From assembly GCA_020241125.1 (NCBI GenBank), contig GCA_020241125.1_4708.1: 64,000 bases of DNA; one strand, written 5' to 3'. The translations under genes and the position numbers were made by a program. Position 1 is the stretch's first letter; every line of letters starts with the position of its first letter. Below, piece by piece: positions 19,362-29,652 of this stretch. This stretch comes from a phage. The notes beneath the pieces are model-generated. The model searched no databases. It saw nothing but the letters and a program-made list of their open reading frames with translations, and was not told the origin of the DNA.

Positions 19362-19395
19362 CTCCTCCCCAGGAAAGGTGTGGGGAGGAGTTTTT
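19362..19395 (+). terminator. plus-oriented terminator-like hairpin (CTCCTCCCC/GGGGAGGAG + TTTTT) in a divergent intergenic region
   Basis: 9-bp stem followed by T5, ~30 nt upstream of the SNF2 ATG; function unclear. Confidence 0.35.
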
Positions 19396-19425
19396 ATCAT
19401 ACATTCTATTAAATCGAGCGCGATT

Positions 19426-21507
19426 ATGTTGGATAGAATCAATCGTTTAATGAACCGAATAGCGGTTAAAAATCAGAGTAACAATACCGTGCATATCGGG
19501 GGTATCGATGCCTGGCGTCTTTCAGATGACATTCAGCGAATATGGGGTACCTCCCGATTTATGAAACACATGTTTCGTAATTTCTCTTCCAGTGGTCTCA
19601 GTCTCCACAACTTTTACCTTCCCGATTTCGTTTATATTCTCGAAACGATCATCGAGGCAAAGAATACTCGCAGTAATAAACGCATGCTGAAACACCTTAT
19701 TGAGGTACTGCTGCAGGAAACCTGGTTGCAAAATACCACAATCGAGCAACCTGCAATCCTCGATAAAGCACGCATGAACAAAATGCTAACGCTCTCCCTG
19801 TTCGATTATCAAGATGAGTTTATCGACATCTATAACCGTAACGTACCTAAATATCGACTGAAAGGATACGTGTGTGCGATGGGTGCGGGTGCCGGTAAAA
19901 CAATCACCGCGTTGGCTTTAAGCGCCGCAATGAACGTCGACGTATTTGTGGTCTGCTGTCCTAAGAACACCATGCGTTCAGCATGGCAATCCGATGTAAA
20001 CAAAGCCATCGTTGACCCCGCAACAGAAACCGCATTCTGGTCAGATACAATGCCACCGTCACAGCTGCAGAAAAGCGATAAGTATTATTTTCTGCATTAC
20101 GAGTCGATGGGTTTATTAAACGATGTAATGATCAAGCATAAACGCACCGCGAAGCGCGTGTTGATCGTGGTTGATGAAAGCCATAACTTCAACGACAAGA
20201 ACAGCCAACGTTCCCAACGACTGGTTGATCTCGTACAGACGATGCGTCAGACCATGAATGCGGATGTGCATGTCTTGTTTATGTCGGGTACGCCCGTTAA
20301 ACAGATGGGTTCTGAGATGATCCCCTGTTTAGGTTGTATTGACCCGATGTTCCAAGGACAGGTGGTCGATAGCTTCAAAGCAATTTACGGTTTAACCAGC
20401 AGCCGCGCTAACGATATCCTCAGACATCGTCTTGGGTTCATGATGCATGTTGTACCTAAAGAGGCTTATCGTAAAACCCGGCCGGAAGTTCAGGACGTTT
20501 ACGTGAAGCTCCCTAACGGTAGCGATTATACCATCTCGAGTATCCGCGACGACATGGCGATATTCGTACGCGATCGGGCGAAGTATTACAAGGATAACTG
20601 GGGGCATTACAGAAAGATTTTTGATGACGCCTTGGACTACTATCGTAAGACTATTCGTACCGATGGTGAACGTAAAGAGCTATCTCGATACGAATCGATT
20701 GTTGCTCGTTTCCAGAAAGGTTACGACCCCGTCAGAGACAAAGAAGATGCGATGTTCTGCAACGCGTTTGAAAAACGTTCTATTATGCCGGTTCTTCCTT
20801 CTGATTTAAGGGTTGCTTTCAAAGACGCCAAGAGCGTCATCAAGTACGTTGGGTTGAAAATTCAGGGTGAAGCGTTGGCGCGTGTTCTAGGTGCAGCCCG
20901 CATTCGGTGTCATGTCGACATGGTGGAGTACATCGACTTCGAAGGGTACATCAATAACGCTGAAGCCAAGGTGTTGATCTTCACGTCGTACGTTCAGGTG
21001 GTTGAGCGTGTCGACAACATGCTTCGCGATGCCGGTTTCTTACCGGAACCCATTTACGGGAAGACCAACAAGAACATCAACCAGATACTTGCTCGCTTAC
21101 GCGATGATCCTGACAGCGGTCCCGCTATCGCAACATTTGATAGCTTAGCCGAAGGGGTTCCGATGTTGATGTGTAACGTGGGTCTCTTCTTGAACAACCC
21201 ATGGCGTTCATCCGATGAAATCCAAGCCATCAGCCGTCTCGATCGTGTAGGGCAAACGCAACCTGTTCGGATTTATCGTTTCATGTTAGATACAGGAAGC
21301 GAGGGTAACGTTTCTACACGTAGCCACGAAATCATGGAGTTAAGTCGACAGCTTGTTGAAGAAATCACAGGCGTCAAATACGTGGTGAACAAGCAAGATG
21401 CTGTTAACTTGCAGGAAACGTTGGCGATGGAAGGATACGATCAATACGTTACCGTAAACACCACGGAATACGATATTAAACCACGACCTGCGTTCTTGGA
21501 ATGGTGA
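19426..21507 (+). CDS. SNF2-family helicase/ATPase
   Basis: GAGAGKT (Walker A), VVDESHNF (DExH), SGTPV (motif III), QAISRLDRVGQTQPVRIYRF (SNF2 motif VI). Start placed at first ATG; the track ORF starts at an upstream GTG inside the hairpin. Confidence 0.75.
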   Translation: MLDRINRLMNRIAVKNQSNNTVHIGGIDAWRLSDDIQRIWGTSRFMKHMFRNFSSSGLSLHNFYLPDFVYILETIIEAKNTRSNKRMLKHLIEVLLQETWLQNTTIEQPAILDKARMNKMLTLSLFDYQDEFIDIYNRNVPKYRLKGYVCAMGAGAGKTITALALSAAMNVDVFVVCCPKNTMRSAWQSDVNKAIVDPATETAFWSDTMPPSQLQKSDKYYFLHYESMGLLNDVMIKHKRTAKRVLIVVDESHNFNDKNSQRSQRLVDLVQTMRQTMNADVHVLFMSGTPVKQMGSEMIPCLGCIDPMFQGQVVDSFKAIYGLTSSRANDILRHRLGFMMHVVPKEAYRKTRPEVQDVYVKLPNGSDYTISSIRDDMAIFVRDRAKYYKDNWGHYRKIFDDALDYYRKTIRTDGERKELSRYESIVARFQKGYDPVRDKEDAMFCNAFEKRSIMPVLPSDLRVAFKDAKSVIKYVGLKIQGEALARVLGAARIRCHVDMVEYIDFEGYINNAEAKVLIFTSYVQVVERVDNMLRDAGFLPEPIYGKTNKNINQILARLRDDPDSGPAIATFDSLAEGVPMLMCNVGLFLNNPWRSSDEIQAISRLDRVGQTQPVRIYRFMLDTGSEGNVSTRSHEIMELSRQLVEEITGVKYVVNKQDAVNLQETLAMEGYDQYVTVNTTEYDIKPRPAFLEW

Positions 21508-21513
21508 TTAAGA

Positions 21514-21552
21514 AGCTCTGCCTGATGTCAGGCAGAGCTTTATGCTGTATTT
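21514..21552 (+). terminator. intrinsic terminator (12-bp perfect stem AGCTCTGCCTGA/TCAGGCAGAGCT + TTATGCTGTATTTG)
   Basis: Directly after SNF2 stop. Confidence 0.7.
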
Positions 21553-21607
21553 GTTGCAAGATCGTATGACGTATATGCGTCGTAATTATTAAAATAGGGC
21601 AAAATAC

Positions 21608-23062
21608 ATGAAACTCAAACAAAGCTGGAAAGACGAACTTCTCGCGTTAGTAAACAGCAAAAACAGTTTACAACTGACATTAGACGATGTAAAATTTGAA
21701 CTAACGGCACCGGTAAGCGAAGTGCCTGGAACGGTCGTTGTTACAATCAAACCGAACGATAATAGTCGCTACTTTAACGAGCAGTCTCTGACCTACATCC
21801 GTCGAGACATCGCTAAAAACTTCACCGGGATCCCGTTACGGGTTATCGTTAAGCAAGATACCGCTGTAAGGGATATCATCAATACGATTGCTGAACGTTA
21901 CGGATTGGTATTTGACACAGCCGTCGACTTCCTCGAATCCGAGCTGAATAAACAAATTACGTTCGCAGACACCGGTATTAAAGACATTACGGTTCCGGTT
22001 GCAAACACGTCTTATGTTTGGGCGGGTAATCTTCAGTTCAATATTGCTAACGATACGTTAAGCTTGATTACTATCATCAAGAAAACCGATCTTACGAATC
22101 TGGTTTATCTGGATGGTGTTGAAGCTGACACATCTGGTTCGTTACTATTAGCAACCGCAGCACTTGTTAACGAACACGTAAATGAACCGATGGTTGAAAA
22201 CGAAGATATCGTTAATGAATTTATTAACGTTCTTAATACTCTAGCCAAATATGGTGACATAACCGGCGATGAATTAGATGCCGCCTTACAAGCGTACGAT
22301 GAAGCAGAAAACAGGAATAAAACCACGGTAATAACTCTTGGTGATATCCAGTGTGTTGCAACAGAAAAAGACGATTGGGAAATTGGACGTTTACGCGGTC
22401 AGATGGTTCTCGCGCTCAAATCCGATAAATACCCGGAGCCCGATAACACGTTCAGGTTGTTTACGAATGGTGGTGACGTATCGCTAACGTTAAACACAAT
22501 GAAAGATATAAGTATCGATTGGGGTGATGGGAATAAAGTAACGTTGGATGCTGAAGAAAGATACGCGCACCACACATACGCCGACAATAACCAGTACCAA
22601 ATCGAAATTGTGTCTCGTACGGACCCAGATGTGCTGCGACCAAATTATATTTCTGGGAGTGAGATAACCGAAGTAATTCACTGGGCTACTACTTCAACAA
22701 TAGCTCTGAATTTTGTTGGATGCGATAATTTAGCGACTGTTCCAGATGAGATCCCAACTTCGTGGACAACGTTGGACAGCATGTTTGAAAGTTGTACGAA
22801 TTTGAATGATCCGTCTATCTCTAACTGGAATACAAGTAACATCACATCAATGAATGGTATGTTCGGCGGATGCACTAAATTTAACCAACCTTTAGCTGCC
22901 TGGGATGTCAGCTCAGTAACTGACATTGGTGGTATGTTTAACGGATGCAACAGTTTTAACCAAGATTTAAGTGGGTGGCGATTACCGTCAGGAGTAACCC
23001 ACGACAATTACGATAGTGGTGCTTTCTCGTGGCAGACGGAACATAAACCGACGTTCCAGTAA
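21608..23062 (+). CDS. protein with C-terminal DUF285/BspA-type leucine-rich repeats (484 aa)
   Basis: C-terminal repeats NFVGCDNLATVPDEIPTSWTTLDSMFESCTNLNDPSISNWNTSNITSMNGMFGGCTKFNQPLAAWDVSSVTDIGGMFNGCNSFNQDLSGW match the FxxCxxF-NQDIS-xWDVSxVTxMxxMF pattern. Confidence 0.7.
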   Translation: MKLKQSWKDELLALVNSKNSLQLTLDDVKFELTAPVSEVPGTVVVTIKPNDNSRYFNEQSLTYIRRDIAKNFTGIPLRVIVKQDTAVRDIINTIAERYGLVFDTAVDFLESELNKQITFADTGIKDITVPVANTSYVWAGNLQFNIANDTLSLITIIKKTDLTNLVYLDGVEADTSGSLLLATAALVNEHVNEPMVENEDIVNEFINVLNTLAKYGDITGDELDAALQAYDEAENRNKTTVITLGDIQCVATEKDDWEIGRLRGQMVLALKSDKYPEPDNTFRLFTNGGDVSLTLNTMKDISIDWGDGNKVTLDAEERYAHHTYADNNQYQIEIVSRTDPDVLRPNYISGSEITEVIHWATTSTIALNFVGCDNLATVPDEIPTSWTTLDSMFESCTNLNDPSISNWNTSNITSMNGMFGGCTKFNQPLAAWDVSSVTDIGGMFNGCNSFNQDLSGWRLPSGVTHDNYDSGAFSWQTEHKPTFQ

Positions 23063-23083
23063 AAAAAAAAATAGTTAGCATAT

Positions 23084-23122
23084 CTTCCTCCCTACCCATA
23101 ACGGGCGGGGAGGAAGGTTTTA
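23084..23122 (+). terminator. intrinsic terminator (CTTCCTCCC/GGGGAGGAAG + GTTTTATGG)
   Basis: Follows stop and an A11 run at 23061-23071. Confidence 0.65.
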
Positions 23123-23134
23123 TGGCGTTATGAC

Positions 23135-23473
23135 TTAGAACCAGAGTTCTTTCATGAAGTAGGCTTCCGTATCGTAGATAAGCCACCCATCGGGGATTTC
23201 TAAAGGATCGTCTTCGGTTAAGGTGAGCATGTGCAGGGCGAACGCACGCTTAATATCTTCCAACAGCTTATCATCACCGTAACCTTCGGGTAGTTTACGG
23301 TCAGCCAGCTGAGTTTGTTTATAGACATCGCGGAACGCTTCAGGATTATGTTTATCCATCGGGAATTGTTCAGCAGCCTGAACCATCGAAAGCGTCCAGC
23401 TTACAACATTGTAACGCTCACCGTTAATTTCACTGAACTGATCATCGATTAAACAGATTTGTTGTATATTCAT
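23135..23473 (-). CDS. hypothetical protein (112 aa)
   Basis: ORF track. Confidence 0.5.
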   Translation of the reverse strand: MNIQQICLIDDQFSEINGERYNVVSWTLSMVQAAEQFPMDKHNPEAFRDVYKQTQLADRKLPEGYGDDKLLEDIKRAFALHMLTLTEDDPLEIPDGWLIYDTEAYFMKELWF

Positions 23474-24363
23474 TCATTTTCTCCATTCTTATCTTGGTCG
23501 CAATCACACTCTTCGACGTCTTTCTTACTTAAACGTAAGACACCGAGTGCGGCATGCTTGAGTTCTTGCAACGCGCTTTTCAGCTGACCTTCTTCATCGA
23601 AATCAAAATACTTCTCGTTGTAGCTTAATGCTGGAATCATATTTACGAGAGGCTCGATGGCAGGCATCAACATTTCGATGACGACCTTAGGATCAACAAA
23701 GCGATCGAACCCTTCAGGAAGTTTGCTCGCTACAACCTTATCGTTCTTGATGAAGAATTTGTTCTTGAACAAATCGTCAAGAATAGCGTTCTCTTCATCC
23801 GTACGTTTTGCGTGGGGACGATCGATCATCTGAACGAAAACACCACTCAACGCTTCAGGCAAAGTCGGATTTTCACGAAGAGAAGTTCCAGCCGGAATTT
23901 CAATATCGATCTTTGCCCACTCAACAACCTGGTGATCTCGTGTGTAGATAACGTCTACTTCCCACGCCAGGCCGTCCGGACTTTCCACGGTGTAACGTGT
24001 TTTCGCTTGACCTTCCGGAGCCATACGCTCAATGGCATCAAACATCTCGACTGGAATTTCTACCTCGCTTTCCGTTGCATCACCTGGACCACGATACACC
24101 TTCGTGGTCATGATGTATTTCGGTTCTTCGTTATCGATCTGTATAGCTCGTGCTCGTACTTGACCTTTCACACCACCAACGGCCGTGTTATCAAACAACC
24201 ATTGATGTTGCACCATATGTTCAATTTTTGATGCTACTTGACGAAGACGTTCAACACCATCCTCAGCCAGTTTGCCAAAGAAGACCAACTCACGTTCCTG
24301 CTGTGTCTCACCACTTAACATCATTAAATTGGCGATTTGTTTCACGCCTCTTACTTTTGACAT
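23470..24363 (-). CDS. hypothetical protein (297 aa)
   Basis: ORF track. Confidence 0.55.
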   Translation of the reverse strand: MSKVRGVKQIANLMMLSGETQQERELVFFGKLAEDGVERLRQVASKIEHMVQHQWLFDNTAVGGVKGQVRARAIQIDNEEPKYIMTTKVYRGPGDATESEVEIPVEMFDAIERMAPEGQAKTRYTVESPDGLAWEVDVIYTRDHQVVEWAKIDIEIPAGTSLRENPTLPEALSGVFVQMIDRPHAKRTDEENAILDDLFKNKFFIKNDKVVASKLPEGFDRFVDPKVVIEMLMPAIEPLVNMIPALSYNEKYFDFDEEGQLKSALQELKHAALGVLRLSKKDVEECDCDQDKNGENE

Positions 24364-24431
24364 ACATGCTCCGGTTATAAGGGCCTGCTTCGAGGCCCTT
24401 CATTGATTTTTGATTCCACCAAACGCTATCG

Positions 24432-26006
24432 TTACAATTCAAAATCTTCATCGATAACGCGCTGGGTAAGCACTTTGTCGCTGAAGAACTCCACCTTGCG
24501 CTGATGGTATTTACGATGTGCTTCTATCGAAGTACATACCAGATACCAGAACGTTGGTGTCATTCCTTCAAACTTCCCTTTCAGCTGACGTAGCCGTCCC
24601 AACACCTGAATGTTACCGGTTCGTGACCCCATCGCTAACGTCATGAACGTCATCACCAAGTCAGGAAGGTCGATGCCCGTACCTGCCGATTTCACGGTTG
24701 TAACGCTAATATCGTTATCCAACAAGACCATGAAATCTTCTTCAGCAGTATAAGGACCAATCTCTAACTCAGGAATACGTTCACTGAGATAATGCGACAA
24801 CGACTTACACATATCGACGGTTGCACAATACACCAGCATCTTCATACCTTCCTGATACTGGTTCATGAAACCTTTGATTATAACGGTATAGATGAAGTTA
24901 AAGTACGCGAGTTTGAGTTGCTTGTTCTTCATGATAGACTGTTCGAATATCGTGTGAGAATAAGAACCCCCAAAGCCTTTGTATCTGACTTTATCTGTAC
25001 TGCGTAGTCGATACGTCACGGCATTTACCGCAATGTATTTCTTGTATTCGCATTTCGCATAACGTGCTTCTTTCGGATACATCAAATACAACATCCGCTC
25101 GATGAACGGATCGTCGGACACCGCCGTTGCTGACAGATAGATGATTTCCGGAATATTCGCGTAGCACTTCACTTTGAACAAGAAATGCAAAGCTTCGTGA
25201 CATTCGTCATGGATTAACAACCCAATGCCTGTTTTCTCCCAGAACTCGACTGGATGGAAAACATACGGTGCGACACAGTTGTTCTTTTCATAATCGGTTA
25301 TGTATCTCTGAAACATGTTCAGTGAGAATAACGCAATTTTGAAATCCAGCTCACCTTGTTCCACCAACATCTGGAATTCCAGCATGCTGTAACGAGGAAT
25401 GTCGGGATGCGGTGGGTCAGATTGGGCTGTACCGCGTATCTCGATAACATCACCTGGTTCCATACCGAAGAAACTTAGCAACGAGCTGCGCCATCCAGGC
25501 ATGTATCTCGGTGACAGAATAATGCCCGTCCGTACACCACGTCGGAAAGTGATCTCCTGCGACATGGCTGTTTTACCACTGCCCGTGCCTGCGGTGTTTA
25601 GGCTCATTCTGAAGGGGGTATCCTTACCCCCGTCCATGTACTCCAACCATTCTTGCTGATCTTGACGCCATGGAAACTTCCATTTCTTTACGAACTCCAC
25701 TTCTTTACCTGGTACCGGATCGTGATAGACGATTTCCAACCACTCTTTTCGTATCCCTCGAGAAAAGATAAAATCCAAAAACGATTTCAACTGTTCACGG
25801 AGTAAGTATACCTCGCTATAATCGCTTCTTGCCGCGGCATACGTGTTTATGGTATCGGTAACCATTCTCCGTGTACGAGGATCGCGTCGTTTCCTCAGAT
25901 GCAAACAACGGTCTCGAAGGTAATGGCCGATAAGATGGGCAAATCGAAGTCCGTATCCGCTCAGCCTCATGCCGTGCGAGAAGACGTCGATACGAGCTAA
26001 CTTCAT
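24432..26006 (-). CDS. superfamily-2 DExH-box helicase (524 aa)
   Basis: NTAGTGSGKT (Walker A), LLIHDECHE (DExH), LSATAV (SAT), TVKSAGTGIDLPD (motif V), QVLGRLRQ (motif VI). Confidence 0.75.
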   Translation of the reverse strand: MKLARIDVFSHGMRLSGYGLRFAHLIGHYLRDRCLHLRKRRDPRTRRMVTDTINTYAAARSDYSEVYLLREQLKSFLDFIFSRGIRKEWLEIVYHDPVPGKEVEFVKKWKFPWRQDQQEWLEYMDGGKDTPFRMSLNTAGTGSGKTAMSQEITFRRGVRTGIILSPRYMPGWRSSLLSFFGMEPGDVIEIRGTAQSDPPHPDIPRYSMLEFQMLVEQGELDFKIALFSLNMFQRYITDYEKNNCVAPYVFHPVEFWEKTGIGLLIHDECHEALHFLFKVKCYANIPEIIYLSATAVSDDPFIERMLYLMYPKEARYAKCEYKKYIAVNAVTYRLRSTDKVRYKGFGGSYSHTIFEQSIMKNKQLKLAYFNFIYTVIIKGFMNQYQEGMKMLVYCATVDMCKSLSHYLSERIPELEIGPYTAEEDFMVLLDNDISVTTVKSAGTGIDLPDLVMTFMTLAMGSRTGNIQVLGRLRQLKGKFEGMTPTFWYLVCTSIEAHRKYHQRKVEFFSDKVLTQRVIDEDFEL

Positions 26007-28009
26007 AACGTGATTACATCCTCCGGTTTAGGTTCTTTACGCGGTAAAAGCATGTAGTCGATCGGATGATCTGGCTTCATGGTTGGGATATAACTGTTCG
26101 GGTTTTGGAACGCATCCAGTTGCTCTTGGTGAGCGAACTTCATACTCAAGGAGCGCATGTTCATGTTCTTCTTGAAGGTACTGAAGTATCGTGTTGTTCC
26201 CTGTTTCGGCATGCGATAATCTTTCGTGTGTGGCGAACGAATCATGCTGGCGTAGAGAATAACATCGAGATGCGAAAGGTTCATTCGCAGACGCTGGGCA
26301 CACAGACGATGCCAATAATACAGCACGTTTGCAACTTCTTCCGGCGTTGCTTCGTCTTCCGAAAGGAATCCGGCACTGAAAGAACCTTTCCCGAATTTGA
26401 ACTCACGTTCGATTTCTTTTGCGTATTCCATCATGTTTTTGTGGATTAACGGCATCTGGAATAACGTACGTGAATTGTCCCAATGTTTCAAGTCGAAAAT
26501 CACAATCCCGTCAGACGTCACTTCCCAGCTATGGCGTTTTAGATAACGGATAAACGCTTTACTCGGTACAACAGGACGACCGCAGAAATCGAAATTGACT
26601 TTGAGCTTACGATAGCTTTCATCTTTCCTGTCGTAAATCTCCATATCGCAAAGCGTCATGTTAAACAAACGTTGCGGTATCAGCGAACTAATTTCTTCCG
26701 CTTCGGCTACGTCGTACAACATGTTCGCAAGACCTAACTTCATCTTAATCAGCACGTGTTTACCTTTCAGCTCACGTGCGAGTTTGATGTCGTTCATGTT
26801 CTGGCTGTAGCGAAGGATATGTTGATATTCCGGTGGGATTGGTGCTGTGGATACCGTTGACGAACCATCGTGGTGTTTGGTAGAAAGAATGTTCTGCGTT
26901 ACCTGTTGCGAACAGGTACGCGCTGCGCCATCGCCGACATTATCGGTTAGTGCGAAGTTATGACTTAATTCACCGTAACACGTTGTACATACCCCAGCAG
27001 GATCGGGATGATGGCAATAGTTAACGGAGCGCATGCGTACCGTCGTACCAATCAATTCTTTCATGTGTGGTTGTATCGCTACCAACGAACCGTCATCACG
27101 AATAATGAATCGACCATGGAAGCCACGCAGGTCGGTCTCATCACGGATTGGCATCGGGATGGTCTCTTTACTACCACAATCACCAGGATGAAGTCGTTGT
27201 ACAACCGCTGTCGCTATCTGAAGTTCACGACCGAAATATTCAGACTTTTTAATCTGCTCTTTGTTGAACAGCAACGATTTCGCCGCAGAACGACTTTCTT
27301 TCAAGCTGTCGGGAAGAGAGATCAAACCAGCTGCGTACGACCGCATTACTGGATCACGGAATATCTCGGAGTTAATATCAGTCAAGAATCCACGCATCCC
27401 AATACACTGTAGCACCTGCCCAATCGAAACGTGTTCGGTTCTTACCGCACGTGCAATAGGGTTTGCATGTAACGTTTTATCGGTGCTCAGTACCTTGGTC
27501 AGTTTCTTGTATGCGCTTTCGATACCTTCACGGGTGGGTTCCGCTTCGGCGATGATTTTCTTAACTTCGGGGTGTACAGTAATCTGATAAAAATCATCCG
27601 CGCAAATCGTTGTTACGTATTCCTCCAACGCATACGTAAAGAAGTTATACACATTGTTAAACATATCGAACAATGCTTTCCAGAGAACCTCACGATTCTC
27701 TTGTGGGTAAGCATACATGCATTGACGATACGCGGCGCTTTGCAACGCAACCGATGAACCCGCTGTGAACTTGCGTTTATCAACCAGGTTCTCTTTTGTC
27801 AGTGGTGTCTCAGGATACATGCGATGCACAGACCAGTGCATGTAACTAAAGAAAATGCGTCGCGCACGTAATTCATGAACGCCATCGTCCATCTCGATAT
27901 ATACGCGGTCATTAGGCTGTGCCCACTCGAATACCTCATCAACCGGCCAGTGCATAAGCTCGCGTGCCCTCACACGACGTTTCGTGGTGGTCGTCTGTGT
28001 TGTAGTCAT
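26003..28009 (-). CDS. multisubunit RNA polymerase beta'-like subunit, C-terminal module (668 aa)
   Basis: GVCTTCYGELSHNFALTDNVGDGAARTCSQQVTQNILSTKHH resembles the E. coli beta' trigger-loop region CAHCYGRDL...GEPGTQLTMRTFHIGG. Confidence 0.6.
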   Translation of the reverse strand: MTTTQTTTTKRRVRARELMHWPVDEVFEWAQPNDRVYIEMDDGVHELRARRIFFSYMHWSVHRMYPETPLTKENLVDKRKFTAGSSVALQSAAYRQCMYAYPQENREVLWKALFDMFNNVYNFFTYALEEYVTTICADDFYQITVHPEVKKIIAEAEPTREGIESAYKKLTKVLSTDKTLHANPIARAVRTEHVSIGQVLQCIGMRGFLTDINSEIFRDPVMRSYAAGLISLPDSLKESRSAAKSLLFNKEQIKKSEYFGRELQIATAVVQRLHPGDCGSKETIPMPIRDETDLRGFHGRFIIRDDGSLVAIQPHMKELIGTTVRMRSVNYCHHPDPAGVCTTCYGELSHNFALTDNVGDGAARTCSQQVTQNILSTKHHDGSSTVSTAPIPPEYQHILRYSQNMNDIKLARELKGKHVLIKMKLGLANMLYDVAEAEEISSLIPQRLFNMTLCDMEIYDRKDESYRKLKVNFDFCGRPVVPSKAFIRYLKRHSWEVTSDGIVIFDLKHWDNSRTLFQMPLIHKNMMEYAKEIEREFKFGKGSFSAGFLSEDEATPEEVANVLYYWHRLCAQRLRMNLSHLDVILYASMIRSPHTKDYRMPKQGTTRYFSTFKKNMNMRSLSMKFAHQEQLDAFQNPNSYIPTMKPDHPIDYMLLPRKEPKPEDVITL

Positions 28010-28154
28010 TATTGCTTTCCGATTTAAATGGTTTTATCATACGGTTTACCAAATCCGTTGGACTTTACTATCGTTGTGATAGCATCGGGAATCCCTTCCC
28101 TTAGGTTATGTAGGTGTTAATATATCTCCACTGCTGACCTTTATGTCGGCAGCA

Positions 28155-28640
28155 TTATCCAGCTTTCTGTTGTAAAGCGTATGGATCCATAGCGTCAGAC
28201 ATATCCGCAAAAACGGTGAGAATAAACCCCTTTATCTGTCTCACCTCGGTTACACGAAGCCCTTTATCATTACGATATACGTTTTCTTCACCGACTAACT
28301 TTGGTCGAATAACATAAACCCCATCAACAAACGGGAATGTCGGATACGGATAAATACCAATACGAATGATGTTTGGGTGATCGCCTAGAAGGTCACGCCC
28401 AAACTTATCGACTCGACCATAAATCGTTCCATCCACACCTTCCACTTCAATGAGATCATTTCGAATATCCTGAAATAGCTGCTCTAACGTGTCGGCGGGG
28501 TACGTATATGCGACGCCTAACGCTGGATCCTCAATGGTTTTGACACTGAATCCGTTAAGCCAAACAATCTGTTCATCCGCCCATGTTTCTTCATATACCG
28601 TTAATCCATCGCCGTATATGTTGGCGTGTGCTATCTCCAT
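28155..28640 (-). CDS. hypothetical protein (161 aa)
   Basis: ORF track. Confidence 0.5.
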   Translation of the reverse strand: MEIAHANIYGDGLTVYEETWADEQIVWLNGFSVKTIEDPALGVAYTYPADTLEQLFQDIRNDLIEVEGVDGTIYGRVDKFGRDLLGDHPNIIRIGIYPYPTFPFVDGVYVIRPKLVGEENVYRNDKGLRVTEVRQIKGFILTVFADMSDAMDPYALQQKAG

Positions 28641-28753
28641 AATCTCATTTCCTCTTATACGTTAGGATAGATGACATGTTGGATATACGTTGCCTTTGCA
28701 TATATTGCTTTATTTCCGTCAGAAATAACGGAAAATAAAAACAACGACATAGT

Positions 28754-28784
28754 TCCCTCCCACCTCCACATGGGAGAGGGAGGG
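28754..28784 (-). terminator. hairpin (CCCTCCC...GGGAGGG) followed by U-run in minus sense
   Basis: After stop of 28798..29160. Confidence 0.5.
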
Positions 28785-28797
28785 CTATTCGTGTTTA

Positions 28798-29160
28798 TTA
28801 CTCTATGCTGTCTTCTTCAACACAATCCTCTTCGGAACCGTCGAACGTTTTCTGCACTGCAGTGGTATCCCAGTTGGCAGCGTAATCAGCCATCGCTTCG
28901 CGCAGCGCTTCTTCACCGGCATCACCAGCCAGGTCAAGCACAACCAAACCTTGCGCGACGTTTTGAGCAACTGTATCAATAACGGTTGCATCTTCTTCAA
29001 AACTACGTACCGGTTCAATGGTGCCTACATCAACAGCATAGTTCGTGGTCGCTGTAAGCACGGCGACTTGTAGCGCATCGCTATCTTCATCATGCAATGC
29101 TGCTTCAATACCGATTGGACGGGCAAGTTCTTGCAGTGTTAATTTGCGAATTAAGTTCAT
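28798..29160 (-). CDS. hypothetical acidic protein (120 aa)
   Basis: ORF track. Confidence 0.5.
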   Translation of the reverse strand: MNLIRKLTLQELARPIGIEAALHDEDSDALQVAVLTATTNYAVDVGTIEPVRSFEEDATVIDTVAQNVAQGLVVLDLAGDAGEEALREAMADYAANWDTTAVQKTFDGSEEDCVEEDSIE

Positions 29161-29183
29161 TATGTTTTTTCCTCAGGTGAATG

Positions 29184-29534
29184 TTAGCAATCGTTTAAAA
29201 CTTTTTCGATACGATGGTTGACGAGTTCATTGAACGATTCTTCAACTTGTTCAATAATTTCATCAACGTCGATATCTAATTGTTGGGGTTGGATAACATG
29301 CTCTTTCATAGTTTCTAGCCAGTATTCGGCTTTAACCATAACGTTAGCTACTTGTTCGACCTGGCTGCGTATGTCGACGATCTGGCAGTCAGGATTTTTA
29401 ATATCGATGATGTGTCCGTGGTGGTTGATAAAACCTAGCTTATTTGATGCCCTTACCGCATCGCGGGTAAGTTCTTGCAAGATTAAATTATTAACGTAGT
29501 TCACTGCTACGGAACGATTTTCGTTATCACTCAT
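29184..29534 (-). CDS. hypothetical protein (~116 aa; start moved to internal ATG with AAAGAGGA RBS)
   Basis: Track ORF 29184..29612 would run into the terminator hairpin. Confidence 0.45.
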   Translation of the reverse strand: MSDNENRSVAVNYVNNLILQELTRDAVRASNKLGFINHHGHIIDIKNPDCQIVDIRSQVEQVANVMVKAEYWLETMKEHVIQPQQLDIDVDEIIEQVEESFNELVNHRIEKVLNDC

Positions 29535-29612
29535 ACCAGGGATCCTCTTTAAGTCATCACATTCTAGTGTTAAGCAGTTAAAATAAACCGTTCCTTTTAT
29601 CAGCATAAACAT

Positions 29613-29641
29613 CCTCCTCCCACCACATGGGCAGGAGGAGG
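29613..29641 (-). terminator. hairpin (CCTCCTCCC/GGAGGAGG) with UUUAUGCUG tail in minus sense
   Basis: After stop of 29653..30063. Confidence 0.5.
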
Positions 29642-29652
29642 CGTAATATGCA

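Noticed and set aside
19378-19425. GTG start at 19378 for the SNF2 gene (ORF-track start)
   Set aside because: That start lies inside the stem of the hairpin at 19362-19395; the first ATG at 19426 is more plausible.
28671-28982. Plus-strand ORFs antisense to minus-strand genes (28671..28982, 46283..46858, 46982..47929, 1312..1845, 34606..35055 and others)
   Set aside because: They lie wholly inside longer, better-supported minus-strand genes, lack RBS, and have skewed composition typical of antisense frames.
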